Assembly (NCBI GenBank): GCA_009602725.1
Contig: WELB01000025.1
Location: 11,614-75,613 of the forward strand
Reading direction: 5' to 3'
Source: Spirogloea muscicola
Taxonomy: Eukaryota
Length of the DNA: 64,000 bases
Shown: positions 34,468 to 50,362 of the stretch, one piece after another
How the letters are laid out: the number at the start of each line of letters is the position of its first letter
Position numbering within the stretch: position 1 is the first letter of the stretch
Notes under the pieces: model-generated
The model's database searches: none
What the model saw: only the letters and a program-made list of their open reading frames with translations
What the model was told of the DNA's origin: nothing
Made by a program: the position numbers and the translations under genes

Positions 34468-36881
34468 TCACACGTAGGGATGACAGTAGGCCTGTGTCAC
34501 TGTCTGCTTGTCACACCCCAGGGTCCTTGCCGTGCTGAACAATGAGTCGAACAAAGGCACCCACCACTCAACTACAAATGCGAAGTGCGTACAGTCGCGC
34601 TTTGCATTCGGATCCAGATTGGCAAAGTGGAAGTTGTGCATGTTCTGCAGCCAGAAGCCCTCCATGATGGATATGTTTCTGGCCTTGGCAACCTCTTCCA
34701 TGATCTGGTGCCTCCAAAGCTGAAAGTGGCAGTCCAGAAATTGCATGCAGCCTCAGTGGTTGTTGCCTGTCTACTTGCCTGGTTGAGCACCTTACAATCA
34801 GAAGGTGATTAGAGTGGCATCGTGAAGAGAAGAACAGGATGTGCAGGCATGTCATTATAGATGTCATTATAGATAGCTTGACCACATGCAAAGTTGGTCA
34901 TTGCTGGATGAGTATGGCCATGAAACTTGCATACCTGCAAGTGGATCTGGGGGGCAGGGTGGCATGTGCTGAGCTCCTTTCGTGAGCCCTTGCCCCCTTC
35001 ATATGCTCCACTGCCCCGTTTACTGCAGAAATGTTGGGGGGTAGTCTCTTTGAAGAACCCGAGTTTGCCTGGCACGTTGTTGAAAGCTTCCAGACGATCC
35101 GCAATTATCGCGAGATCGGCGCTGTACAAGTCCGCCAGCTGGTCCACATAGTGAAGGCCAAGGTTTGCGACGACCTGCACTCACGGCAATGAGGGCGGGG
35201 TACAGTGGAGGAGCAGAACCCCAACTGTACCTTATCAAGAAGAGGCTTGATCCAGTATCGAAGTGATACGCGCCTCAAGGTGAGGGAGGAAGCCCGAGCA
35301 AGCTGGTGAGTGCAGGACCATGCAATTGGCAAAGGGGTTGGGGCTGGCCCTTGGACGCACCACATCAGAATTTGCGAATACGTGATCCAGGATGGCTGGC
35401 CACAGTGTGAAATGGGTTGGCTTCAAGCCGTCCACTGGGAGTCGATATGCTGCAGCAGAGAAGGACGGCCCACTGTCATTGCAGCCAGGAGCAGGGCACA
35501 GCAAATGCACCAGTGGCTGACGCGATCCAGGGCAGTGTCAGAGATGTTGCCTGGGGTTGTCAGTGAGCCCAGGTGGGCCTGCAAGTGTGAAGTGCTCATG
35601 TCATGTATATTAGGCAATCCTAATGCATCACACGATCGGGAAGAAGTCAATGCCGCGGAGGTCAGTGCTGCTGGCAGTGTGTACCCCTGTAGTAGTTCCA
35701 GGTCAGGTTGTTGAACGGGCCTCCGAGGGTGAACGTGTCAATCCACAAGTCACACCCTAAGTCCAGCTCTAGCCGCCGAGCATCACCATCATCATCATGA
35801 CCGTCCACGTCGATGGCCACAAACCTTGCCTCGGCTGCCTCCATGCTTTCTTCGACGGTACCATTGCAGTGGTAGCTGCGGCAGGCAGACGAGAAGCCTG
35901 TCAGGCGCCAAGCAGGCCCTCGAACCAGCGGACGCACGGCCACATGGGCACTGCCTCACTGCAATCGTGAAGCCCAGAACAGCCAGTGTTGTTGAGGTTA
36001 CTGACTATGAGAGGTCGAGGCGCACGGGTGAGAGCTCGGTCCCAAGACCTCACCGGCGCTTGTTCCGCGCTATGAATCTCTCATAGCCGTACTTTTGCAG
36101 TGACACGATGAACATGTCGAAGAACTGCTGCATGAGGGAGTCGCCGAGAAGGGACACCCGCTTGCCCGCCAGCAGCTGCGAGCGGCGTGGCGACGGGAGG
36201 AGCGGGCTCCCAGTCAGGACGCGCGGTTGCCTGGGCGGCCGGCTGTCAGACGTCAAGGCAAGCACGGCGGCGCCGAATACGGAGACAGAGGCAGCTGCAA
36301 GGCTGGGATCGAGCATGGAGAGCGCGCGCGCCACTGACGTTGGCGGCGTCGGCGGCGTTGTAGACGCGGTCGCCGTCGAGCTTGATGAAGGCGTACTTGC
36401 CGTACATGCCTTCGGGCACGCGCCAGTTGCTCTTGGGCACGTGCGGTGAGCCCTCGAGCTGGAAGACGGGCGCCCACTGGAAGGGCAGCAGGTTGCCGTC
36501 CTCGTCGGTCTGCTCCACCGGCTCCAGATCCTCCTCCTCGGAGTCCCCCAGCGGGTCCAGCCGCCAGTCGTCGCGGTCCGTCACGCGCAGCCGGCGGCCC
36601 CGGCCCCCGCCAGTGGAGGCGGCGTCTGGCGGCCCGCGCACGGTGCTGTCGTGGAACTCGGGGCCCATCATGTCGCTGAGCGCGAGCGCGTACTCGCCGA
36701 TGCCCGGCTCCTCGAAGGCCTCACTCCAGGGCGCGCGCCAGTAGCCGCGGGCGGCGGTGGCCCGGCGGCCACCGGCAGCGGCGAGCACCCAGCGCAGGGC
36801 CTCCTGCGGTGGTAAAACGACGCCCAGCGCGGCGCCGAGCAGCACGGCGGCCAGTGCCGCGACCGCCAGGGCGCGGCGCTG
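34468..36881 (-). CDS. TBL/PC-esterase-like SGNH acyltransferase/esterase with N-terminal membrane anchor; start at single-N gap
   Basis: ALAVAALAAVLLGAALGVVL (TM), LLAGKRVSLLGDSLMQQF (GDS), VVANLGLHY, FKETTPQHF, KRDCTHF (DxxH). Exons join in frame by eye. Confidence 0.78.
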
Positions 36882-37066
36882 NTTTACATGGAGTTTGGTA
36901 TCGTGGCGCCCAGCTTCGCCCGTCCCGCAGCGGGGCCTACGGCGGTGACGGTGGGTCCCTGGCAGATGGGCTTGGGGGTCACCCCACCGTCAGAAGCGGG
37001 GCGCGGGGCGGGCCGCCTTCCCCGCCGCGCCGCGCGCGCCGTCCAGCTCGCGGGTCTCCCTGCAGA

Positions 37067-39940
37067 AAGCAAGCGCGGCCAGATTAACTGGTGGCTGGGA
37101 GAGGCCCAGCCCAAAAGAATGGACAAGGTACAGTGCAGAAAACACAGAAAGCTGCAGCAATACTTCGATTACCCCCAATGCGATCAGCTCCTGCCGGCTG
37201 CAGTCGATATCTTTGGCAGTCTGGGTCCTCGTTCCCACACTCTCCTTCAAACATTACCAATGTAGCCTATGCATGACGTGCAGATGTGCTTCCGGCTGAG
37301 ATGGGCTTGCCAGCTGCATATCTGTCATTCTTGCGACGACGAGTGTCGGCCTGTTTGCAGTGTGCCCTGGTTCATGCTTTGCACCAGAATGCTGGGCGAG
37401 CTCTAGTTGGTGTAGAAGGGCTTCAAATCTGCCATCTGGTACTCAGGCATCGATGAGCGACCCTTATGTATTGACCAGTGGATGCTGAGCGGGTCACTTT
37501 GGAGTAGGTGATGTACGTCAATAGATGTGCTTGCCTTTGTACTTGCCCATCTTGGCCTTCGTTTGTCTCAAATACACGATATTCCTGCAGAGGTCCCTTG
37601 CCTTTGTCGTCCACTTGCCGGCAGGCGGCGCCTTGGCTGCTGCTCCGGGTTCTGTCAGGGCGACACTATTCCGCCGTCTAATTATCCAGACTTGCACTTA
37701 TTGACTAGAAGTAACTGAGAGCCCGCTTGCTGGCATCTTCGAGACTAGTGTCCTGCTTTTTGCGCAATCCGGCCCTTTCAGACCTTGTCCATTCCTTTGG
37801 GCTGGCCTCTCACAGCCACTGCTTTCAACTCGGAGGAGCTGTTTCCTTTTTCCGACTTGCGGCTGCTGAGTCGGGGTTGCTGAGCTCCCATTCGCCGTAG
37901 TCTCTTGCATAGCTGCGTGAAACGTGTTCCCGGGCGAGGAGGTGGCGGTGACAGGCCAGCCCAAAAATAGGCGGACACAGGTGGACGGGAAGTTCTCAAG
38001 CACAACTCCTTCAGTGCGTACACGTAGCGACACGGCCATCAATGAGTTGACAGCCGCAAAGTTGCAATGACTCGCGGCCAGTGCGCTGACGCTGGGGCGC
38101 GAGAGCCACTCCTCGACTGCCGTGGTCCCTTGCCGTGGTTTCGTGGCCACTTGATCCCGTGTGCTTCAGCGTCTTCTCTGGCCCCTTCGAAGTTTATTTT
38201 TCCGGAACTTTGTTCTTTGTTCTTTCGGCTGGCCTCTCCTAGCCACCGCCCTCTCCTGCCATAGCCTCTTCAGGCCCCGTAGTTGCTGCTTAGCTCGTAG
38301 TTTGGCCCCTTCGAACCTTGTCAATTCTTTACGGGCTGGCTTCTCACAGCCCTTGCCCTCATTGGGAGAGCCACTTCTCTCTCCTGGAAGCGCCGTCTTT
38401 CCCCCCCCTGGAAGCGTTGCTTCTCCTGCCGCTGCTATGTCCCACCACCGGCGGCACTCGTGTGGTACAGCGCCTGTCCGGCACATTCAGATCTTGTCCA
38501 ATCTCTGTTGGGCTGGCCTTTTGCAGCCATCGCCCCCCTTTTCGTGGGTATTCTAGTGAACATTCAATCTCGTGATGAGGAGACTTCCGAAGTAGGCGGT
38601 GGCTGTGACGAAAGTGGCTCTCCCAAAGTGACGTGGAGGAGTAAATGCGGTGCGCATGATTTGCGATGGAGGCCAAAGCAAGCCAGTACACTTGATGGGG
38701 GCCGTCAGAGAAAGTAAGCTCTTCCGAAGGGGCGAGGCGAAAGGCCAGCCCTAGGATGGACAAAAGGGGCCAGCAAGCAGGTGTCACAGACACCCCGGAA
38801 TATTGGATAAAGACGTGAAGTTGGGGGTTGGATCCTAGAGAGGAACAAGAGAATAAGCTCTTCCACTAGCAGCCACCAGTTAATCTGGCCGCGCTTGCTC
38901 GTAAGAGACCAGCCTGAAGAGAAAGGACAAGATCCACAGGTGAACAAGAGTCAATGGGGTAGCCCGGACGTGGGAGAACGCACCACTCCGCAAGCTCCCC
39001 GCATGAAAGCTGGCTCCTACGTGAGCCATCACGAGAGTCGCAAGAAGTCGCAGGAGCTCCTGTCCTTTCTGCAGAAAGCAAGGTACTAAATGCCCTTCTG
39101 AAAGCGCACTTCTCTGGGCTGGCCGCTCATGGCCCTTGGCGCCTGAGGGGAGCTTGTTTGCTTCATTTGGGTTTACTGAAGTCCCCTTCTACTTCATCAT
39201 TGCATTGCTCCTCACAGCATGACCAACTATTGGTGAGGCTTGCCATTCACACGTGGGCAATAATGCGGCAAGAAATCTTGCGGCAAGAATTCACCGCCAG
39301 GCAAGAACTGCTGCAAGAATGACAGCAAAATTGTCTGTTAGATATGCATGTGCCAACTCGTGGACATCAGAGTGCCCCTTCGGTTGTGTAATTGTTCTGC
39401 TAGCTAAGCCTCTTGAGAATGTTCATTGTTGTTTCTACAAATGTTGTACTGGCTTGGTTTGGCATCCCTTGCATTCCGTGCGCACCGCGCGCGCGCCTTC
39501 TCTCTTTGGACCTTCTTCATTCTGGTGTGGGCTGGCTGTACCCACTCCGGCTTGCGGCTGCTCACTCGGTATCACCAAGCGGCCTCAATGGGCGAGCCCT
39601 TCTCACTATCCCTAGCCCTCGCGCCCTTTGGCAAGTCTTTTTCGGGCTGGCTTTTCACAGCCCTTGACCCCATCGGGAGAGCTCACTTCTTCTTTGGAAC
39701 CCGTTTTGACATGGCATTTTCAGGCCACTCCGTCATTGTGGCCCCTTAGCCTAAATGCCTAACATTAATGGAGTGTGTACTGAGTGATGGCGGGCCTGAG
39801 TGGCGGAGTACGAAAGGCAAGTACAGTGACTTATGTACATCACCATGCTGCTAAGTTGACCCGCTCAGTAACCACGAGTCAGCACATAGAGGTCGCTAAC
39901 TGATGCCCCAATAACGGGCCGCAATCCGACTCGCCCCTGC
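37067..39940. mobile_element. Mosaic cluster of CRE-like 3' fragments in the TBL/LCAT divergent promoter
   Basis: Conserved mini-module 37067-37128; RLE tail KLQQY..DQLLPAAVDIFGSL..RRRVSACLQCA (37136-37490, near-duplicate of 32750-32970); tails LLTRSN* (37718) and SVSDLYVLTRGY* (39865, minus); nested insert 38259-38378 with TSD CTCTCCTG. Confidence 0.8.
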
Positions 39941-40195
39941 CTGTGCCTACCTGACGACGTCCAGACGCCGCAGCCCGCTGACCCTGCCGCCGACCTCGAC
40001 GACACCCGGCCAGCGTCCGCGCGCCGCCGCCGCCGCCGCCGCCGGCGCCGGCGCCGCCATGGCTCTCGCCTGCGGAGCGCGGAGGCGGCTGGCCGTTGGG
40101 CGCTAGCCTGCCTTTCCCGCTTTTTCAAACGGCTGGGAGTGGGGGACCCGCATACGTCGACGAATCTGATTTTGCATGCGCCGCGGTCTCGAGNG

Positions 40196-43100
40196 GCGCT
40201 GTCGCAGCTCGTGCACTGGGGCTGGCGCTGGCCCTGGCCGTTCCCGCGGCCGCACCCGGGCGGCGGCGGCGGCGGCGGCGGGGCAATACCCACGCGGCCG
40301 GTGCTGCTGGTGCCGGGCATCGGCGGCTCCATCCTGAACGCCGCCGCGGACGACGGCCGCGAGGAGCGCATCTGGGTGCGCCTCTTCAACGCCGACGCCG
40401 TCTTCCGCCGCAAGCTTTGGTCCAAGTACAACCCGCGCACAGGTGCAAGCGCGCCGCTGGCCCACTGTCTTCCGACGCCCTAGCCTTCGCCTTCGTCGCC
40501 TCCGCCACGCGCGACGCGTCGCGCAAGGGCCGCAACTCTGGGCCCCTTCGATGGTTGTTGTACCCCGAGTTGAGCGTGACGCAGGCTTCGCTGTGGTTCG
40601 TGGCTGTCAGCCGTACATGCAAGGCTAGCTGTGTGATCCTCCCCGCGTCGGGCGGACGACGGTGGAGAGGTCGTGTCGCGTTGTAGTAGCACCTGATGCG
40701 CGCCCCTACTCCCACGAAAGTCTTATCGAACTCTGGGGGGGGCGATATGAGGACAAGCGAGGCAGGGAAGACTCATGCTTGACTCATGTAGTACTAGGTC
40801 AAGTTGAAGTTGACCTAGTACCACAACACACTGGGCTGGCCAGCCCATAGGAAGCATTGTCCTGTCCTGAAAGGCTCTGCTTGATGCTGGCCCTGCAGGC
40901 AAGAGCGAGTCTCTTGATGACAAGACCGTCATAAGGGTGCCGCAGGATAATTACGGCCTGTACAGCTGCTCCAACCTTGACCCTGATGTGGTGAGGGAAC
41001 ATGGCTCTGGCTGCGCGTCTTCAGCTATGCTTGTTGCCGCTCCTTTTCTTCAGCACACTCATACACAACCTCTCATGTGTGCTTGCTGACTGCAGAGGAT
41101 TCCGCTGGACGCCCTGTGTTACTACCAGCACCTCATCTTGGAGATGAAGAAGTGGGGCTACAAGGAAGGAGAAACTCTCTTTGGCTTTGGTTATGACTTC
41201 AGGCAGAGTAACAGGTGCTAATTGATTCCTAGGGGGTTTGGCGTGGAGTTGCCTGGCGGCCTTGTGCTTCTCTGAGCATGTGTCCCTTGGCATGCGTATG
41301 CACCTTCGCTTGATACTGGTCGAAGCCGCACGAGACCTCCTTGTCAGCTCCTCATTCTGCCTCCTCATACCAGCTTCCCCAGCTTATCTTTGGTATACAC
41401 TGTCAACCTGAATGGCTTCTCGCCTCCACACCATGTTGCAGGTTGGAGGAGACCATGCTTGCCCTTCTTGCGAAGCTTGAGGAGATGCATCAAGTGTCTG
41501 GTGGCAAGAAGGTGGACATCATCACCCACTCTATGGGAGGGCTGCTTTTGAAATCCTTCTTGGTACTCCACAAGGAGGCCTTTGAAAAATATGTACATAC
41601 CTGGATAACCATCGCAAGTCCCTTTCGCGGTGAGGCTTCTGAGGCCCTGGCTTTGCCGAACTTTCCATGTGATTAAGCATGCCAACGCCTTGCTCGGAAC
41701 ATTTTCTGCTTGGCCTGGATAAATTCTTCTCCTGAAGAGCAGTGATGTGCTTGTGCAGGTGCCCCTGGCTTCATTACAGACTCGCTCTTAACAGGAGTTG
41801 AATTTGTGAAGGGTTGGCAGAAGGACCTGTTTGTGGCAAAATGGAGCCTGCATCAGCTGGTAGCAGCCCTGCTGCCCCACTGACAACTGCATTGCATCCT
41901 TTACGTGCAGTGAAGTTTTTGAGCTGTTGGTGGACCCTGATGACTCTCTTTGGCCTCTTGATCAAGCCAGCTTGTGGAATGCCCTTCTGTCTACGAAATG
42001 CTGGCAGACGACGACTTTGAGTGGGCTATCCCCCCGGAACTCCGCATCTGCCGCAAGGAATGGTGTCAAGGAGGGGACGAGGATGGGGCCAAGGGAGCCA
42101 CTGGGAAGGTCACCATTGAGAGACATGGCCCAGGACGTGCACTGCACGTGATGGCCGAGGCGCTAAAGAAGAACGTCGTACGCACCTAGTCCTGCACCCT
42201 CAAGCATGGGTCACTTATGTGTCACTCACTGCATTCCTCGCACTGCTGATTAAGCGCTTGTCTTGTGAGCTTTTCATGGCACCCTCCTGACTTGTTACTT
42301 GGTGGCGTGCAGTTGAAGCTGGACGGGAGGGAGCTGCCACTGCCGCTCAATCCTCAGATCGTGGAGTGGGCGTGTGAAACACGAGAGCAATTGAAGTCAG
42401 CAAGACTGCCCAAGAGCTGCAAGTTCTACAATATCCATGGGCACTCAATTGACACTGCCTTTCATACCCGGTATTTTGGCCAGATGCCTGCTGCTTGCAT
42501 GATCAACCTGTTTGATGACACACTCTTTGTGATGGAGATTGCATGTTCTCAGCAGTTAGTTACATGATATGACATGGTGCATTCCACTTGCATATCTTCA
42601 AGCTCAGTCTGCTCTTGCATTTACAAAGCTTGTCATGTGTGAACAGTTATGGATCACCAGACAATCCCATTGAGGACATGGAAGACATCCTGCACACTGA
42701 GGTCAACTTTGAAACTCTGGCTGTAGCGGACATATACTTGCAGCATCTATTATTTTGGCATGCTGTATGAAGGATCAAGCACAGGACATACTTGCCTGAC
42801 TGGAGTGTCTATTCTATGCAGGCTGTTTTTGAGTATGTCGACGGAGACGGCACCGTCCCTGTTGAGTCTGCCAAGGTGAAACACGCTGCAACAATAAGGC
42901 TCGTCTGCGGTTCTATACTTTGCAGACCATTGAGCACATATTAACTGAGAGCCACTCGTTCAAAGCCCCATCATATGTGTTCATGCTCTTGCCTATGCTT
43001 ACAGGGTATTGGCCATTACGGCTTGCAGGCAGATGGCCTGGAGGCGACCTGCAGGATAGGGGTGTCTGGTGAGCATCGAGGTGTGCTGCGGGACAAGCGG

Positions 43101-43589
43101 GTGTTCAGGGTGCTGCAGCACTGGCTTGAAGTTGGAGGCTACGAGGCCGACTACGATCCACAGACTGACTGCGTGCTTGTGGCTTCGAGGGCCGAGATTG
43201 AGGAGTCTATGACCGGCAGCGTCATCTACACGCACCCCGTCGAGGAGAAAGCCGTTGAAATCGAAATCTCCCAGCCAAGACTCGAGGAGTTGGGCAATGA
43301 TAGTAGGAGCAGCAGGGTGACAGTGGCCATTACTACTGGCAATTGGGACGAAGGTGTGGGCCCCATGGCAGAAGTGCATGCGGAGGCTCAAGCGCTACGG
43401 CCTCAGCCTGGTGAAGCAGCTGTTGAATTTGAAGTCTCCGCGACCGGAGTAGCTCAAGCGTCGGGGCGCGACCAGGCGGATGAGGTCCTCGGAAGTGCCA
43501 TGCAGGCAGCTACGCAGAAGGCTATCATGTCGGCAAAGAGGAGAGAGCAGAAGGGCCTTGCCATCTTGTCTGAAGACGGCCACATTTGA
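40196..43589 (+). CDS. LCAT3/LCAT4-like phospholipase A (lecithin-cholesterol acyltransferase-like); ATG probably lost at N40194
   Basis: PVLLVPGIGGSIL, ERIWVRLFNAD, GETLFGFGYDFRQSN, KVDIITHSMGGL (lipase serine), WITIASPFRG|APG, LLTGVEFV, ECPSVYEMLA, YVDGDGTVPVESAK, GEHRGVL. Confidence 0.92.
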
Positions 43590-44088
43590 AGATGGAAGTT
43601 GGGCACTACAGGTCTGCAGTCACTCGAGGTCGACCCAATGTCGACCCGATCTGTGGTTCGTCATTGGGTTTGAAGCGTCTAAACCACGCAATAAGCATGT
43701 AGGCTTGTACATAAGAGGTCACACTGGCGGATCTGGGTTTTGGCTCCAGGTTCTGCCTATGATTGCCATTGTTGCTATTGTTAATATCCTAGACGACTGT
43801 TACTGGTGTCGCCCAGGCACCAGTGCCGCATCCAGTACCTGCCTGAACATTAAGTATGCTCTTAAGCAAGTGTAAGTGGTAAGCTTTAGGGTCGTTGTCA
43901 GTGTCGATAATTAGTGGCCTGCTTTCTGAGCGCCCCTCTGTGCAGCTGCAGCGGAGTGCTCTGCAGGGGCAGAGCACCGATCAGCCCATTCAGCAACAAG
44001 TCAGCTAGGCGCAGGCTTGCACGCGTCTCAATGTGCAGCTCACTCGAGAGGGGGTGCAGGCTGGTAATTGCGACAGCCACGATAGGCA

Positions 44089-44207
44089 CTGGAGCTGACT
44101 TGTTGCTGCCGTAAGACCTAGGGACTACCACCAGTACTATGCCACTTTCTGGAGCTGACTTGTTGCTGCCAGAAACCTAGGGATTATTACCAGTACTATG
44201 CCACTTA
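44089..44207. repeat. Imperfect ~60-bp tandem duplication
   Basis: ctggagctgacttgttgctgcc...cctagggactaccaccagtactatgccactt occurs twice (44089-44148, 44149-44207). Confidence 0.85.
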
Positions 44208-44494
44208 CTCCACTGGCTGCTCCAGAACCCGTGGAGATGCTCGTTCAGAAACAGTAGCTGCTGCTGCAAGTATGCGCAAAGCTGTATCCGACGTGCTCTG
44301 CCCAAAATCAACGACGATGATACATTCAGCAGCGCAACATATGCCCTGGAGTTCGTGCTCGCGAGCGAGCAGAAGAAGCTCAACCAAGAGGGGGGCAATG
44401 GCTGTTACAGGCCAGCACAGAATGAGTGGACACCGTTCAACGAGTCAGGAAGCGCTAACCACGCAGATAGCAAGTGAGCACTACGGATGGCCGC

Positions 44495-44945
44495 TCAGTA
44501 AGGTCTCAGATGGGAATCGTCAGAAGCCGGCAAGGAGCCGCCCGGCCAATGGCCTGAGGCGGAAGTCGGGACACAGATGGAGAGGCATAGGCCAGGTGAT
44601 GGTGCAGCGAGATGGTAAGATGCACGCTGAACACAAGGGCCAGACAGCCCGTGTCGTTGAGAGTGGCAGCTCCTTTGCTGCCGTCGGGACACCGCTCGCC
44701 GTGCGAGCCGGTTCAGGAGGCCAAGCCACTAAGCCCTGGGTCGCCCTGTAGACGCCTACAGACCCATCCTCTACCCGACGGTCGGCGCACTGGATTTCCT
44801 CGCCGCAGGCGGCGCTGATGACCTTCACGGCTGAAATTCCGGACTGGCGCTGAAGGCGTCCGCGACGACCACGTCCGCCACAGTGCGTGGGCCGCCGCCA
44901 GGCGCGACGGCGACCAGGCCGGCGCGCCGCACGGCCTCGAGCGCC
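44495..44945 (-). mobile_element. Degenerate CRE-like RLE/C-terminal fragment upstream of thioredoxin reductase
   Basis: VRRAGLVAVAPGGGPRTVADVVVAD...WLGLLNRLARRAVSRRQ...GGSLPASDDSHLRPY* aligns by eye with 16104-16619. Confidence 0.72.
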
Positions 44946-45177
44946 GGGCTTAGCCCCGGCCGGCGGCCCNNNNNNNNNNNNNNNNNNNNNNNNNNNNNNN
45001 NNNNNNNNNNNNNNNNNNNNNNNNNNNNNNNNNNNNNNNNNNNNNNNNNNNNNNNNNNNNNNNNNNNNNNNNNNNNNNNNNNNNNNNNNNNNNNNNNNNN
45101 NNNNNNNNNNNNNNNNNNNNNNNNNNNNNNNNNNNNNNNNNNNNNNNNNNNNNNNNNNNNNNNNNNNNNNNNNNNNN

Positions 45178-48623
<3,446 letters not shown>

Positions 48624-48727
48624 GCTCGCTGCCATGCACCGCTCACCCAGGATGCCGCCAGATATTGGTGGCGGGTGGGGGCGCTGGCAGCACCAGCAGA
48701 CTGGCATAGCTGATGGAGGTTGGTGGT

Positions 48728-48789
48728 GCACCAGCATGACGGCCAGCCCCGCAATGTTGCATGACATGGTGCTGGCCCGAGCAGAGTGC
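48728..48789 (+). promoter_or_regulatory. Eukaryotic SECIS element (form 2) in the TrxR 3'UTR
   Basis: Helix I GCAC/GTGC; core ATGAC (48736-48740)/CGAG (48778-48781); helix II GGCCAGCCCCG/TGGTGCTGGCC (one mismatch, one G-U); unpaired AA at 48753-48754; mini-stem TGTT/GACA with GCAT loop. Confidence 0.9.
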
Positions 48790-49309
48790 CCGTTGAGGAG
48801 GCGGCTTGCCTGCAAGCCCCCTTCTATACTGGCTCCCAGTGCGTCGTGACATCCTCACATCTTCAAGTTGTCACCCCGAGCCAGCCAAGCAGGCTCATCC
48901 TACTTCTAGGATCGTGAGCAAGCTAGGCAGGTACCCAGAGAAGCAGCAATATATGCTGCATGCCACAATTGACTTGGTAGCGGCAATTTTATGTACAGAT
49001 TACGTAGCTACTCAAGGCAAATCGGAAATCCACGTGCGCCAGGCTGCATCCACTTGCAAAACTTTTTAATAACGGTCAATCATTGCTAAGGAGATACAAA
49101 ATACTGGCTGGACTGGAAGTAGAGAAGCCGCCGCTGCACTTGGGCAGAGCGGCAGCTCAGCACAGGACTGCGCCTGCCTCTGGCGTGGTCCGCAGAGGTC
49201 CTAGATAGCCGCTTGAGAAGCTCTGTAGAAGCCCAGCATCACCGCAGCTTTTACAAGGCTTCTGAGCAGGGGTTGTTGAGCACCCAATAGTAGTTGCCGC
49301 GTACATAGC

Positions 49310-50300
49310 TGTGCTTTTATGCTTCTTGGCCCCTTCAGACCTTGTCCAGTCTTTTTTGGGCTCACAAGCATCACAAGCATTGCCCCTCTCCGATATAAGC
49401 TTGTTATGTTGTACGGCTATTCCTTCACTCATCAGCTACTACAGATCGGCCTTCATTGCCCTGCAGACCTTATTCAATCCTTGTGTTGGCTTTTCACACA
49501 GGCCACTTTATATGCGGCTTATGTGCTTGTTCGACTCTCCTTCAAGCAACCGTCTCGCTTCTTGCTTCTCACTTGCACCTTCCTCTCATTTCTTCTTGAC
49601 ATGTTGCGTTGCCTGCCACGTGAGATAAGCCAGTCAGCACCTGTTGCTTCGCTAATCTGGCTTACCGACGCTGTACTGCTGCGGGCGCCCTGCCATTCAT
49701 TGCCTTGCGTTGGAAGTGCTGTTTCTTTGTTTGGCTAGTGCAGTACTCTCTGTTGGCTAGGAAAGAAGAAAGTGATCGCCCATAGAGGAAGGTCCAAGAC
49801 GAGAGAGTCTGTCTGTAGTGGCCGCTTGAGTCGCTGTGTGCTTTATAGCTTTTTCTGGCCCCTTCGGACTTGGTTCTCTCTTTTATCTGGGCTGGCCACT
49901 CAGAGCCAGAGTTCTTTCCCTCCATCAAACAAACAGCGCTTCCGCTTGCTGCTGCCTCAGTCCTTAGCACTCCGACTCCTTCAGACCTTGTCCATTCTTT
50001 TGGGCTGGCCTCTCCCAGCCACCAGTTAATCTGGCCGCGCTTGCTCTTAGCACTCCGGGCTCCTTCAGACCTTGTCCATGTGTTCTGGTAGTCCCTTCTC
50101 CGGCTCCTCCTTCTTTGGCTTTGGACATTGTCCATTCGTTTTTGGGCTTTCTTTGCCAGCCCCTCTTCTCTATGGGCGCGCACTTCTTCTTTGTCCATTC
50201 CTTTGGGCTGGCCTCTCCCAGCCACCAGTTTATCTGGCCGCGCTTGCTTCCAATGAAAGGCAGTGGCTGTGAAAGGGAATGAATGCAGAAGGTCCCAAAA
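49310..50300 (+). mobile_element. Cluster of CRE-like 3'UTR modules upstream of IMPL1
   Basis: Repeated ggccccttc(a/g)gaccttgtcc..gggctggcc modules. Insert 50080-50190 is nested in a mini-module with TSD TTGTCCAT (50072-50079, 50191-50198). Confidence 0.8.
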
Positions 50301-50362
50301 GGGCCGAAAGGCGTCTGTACCGGTCACGTGTGGCACAACCGCACGGACGGTCCTGCAGGCTG

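Noticed and set aside
49978..50250. Repeated hairpin modules as a CRISPR array
   Set aside because: Eukaryotic context, irregular spacing, no unique fixed-length spacers and no cas genes. The modules follow retrotransposon ORF stops.
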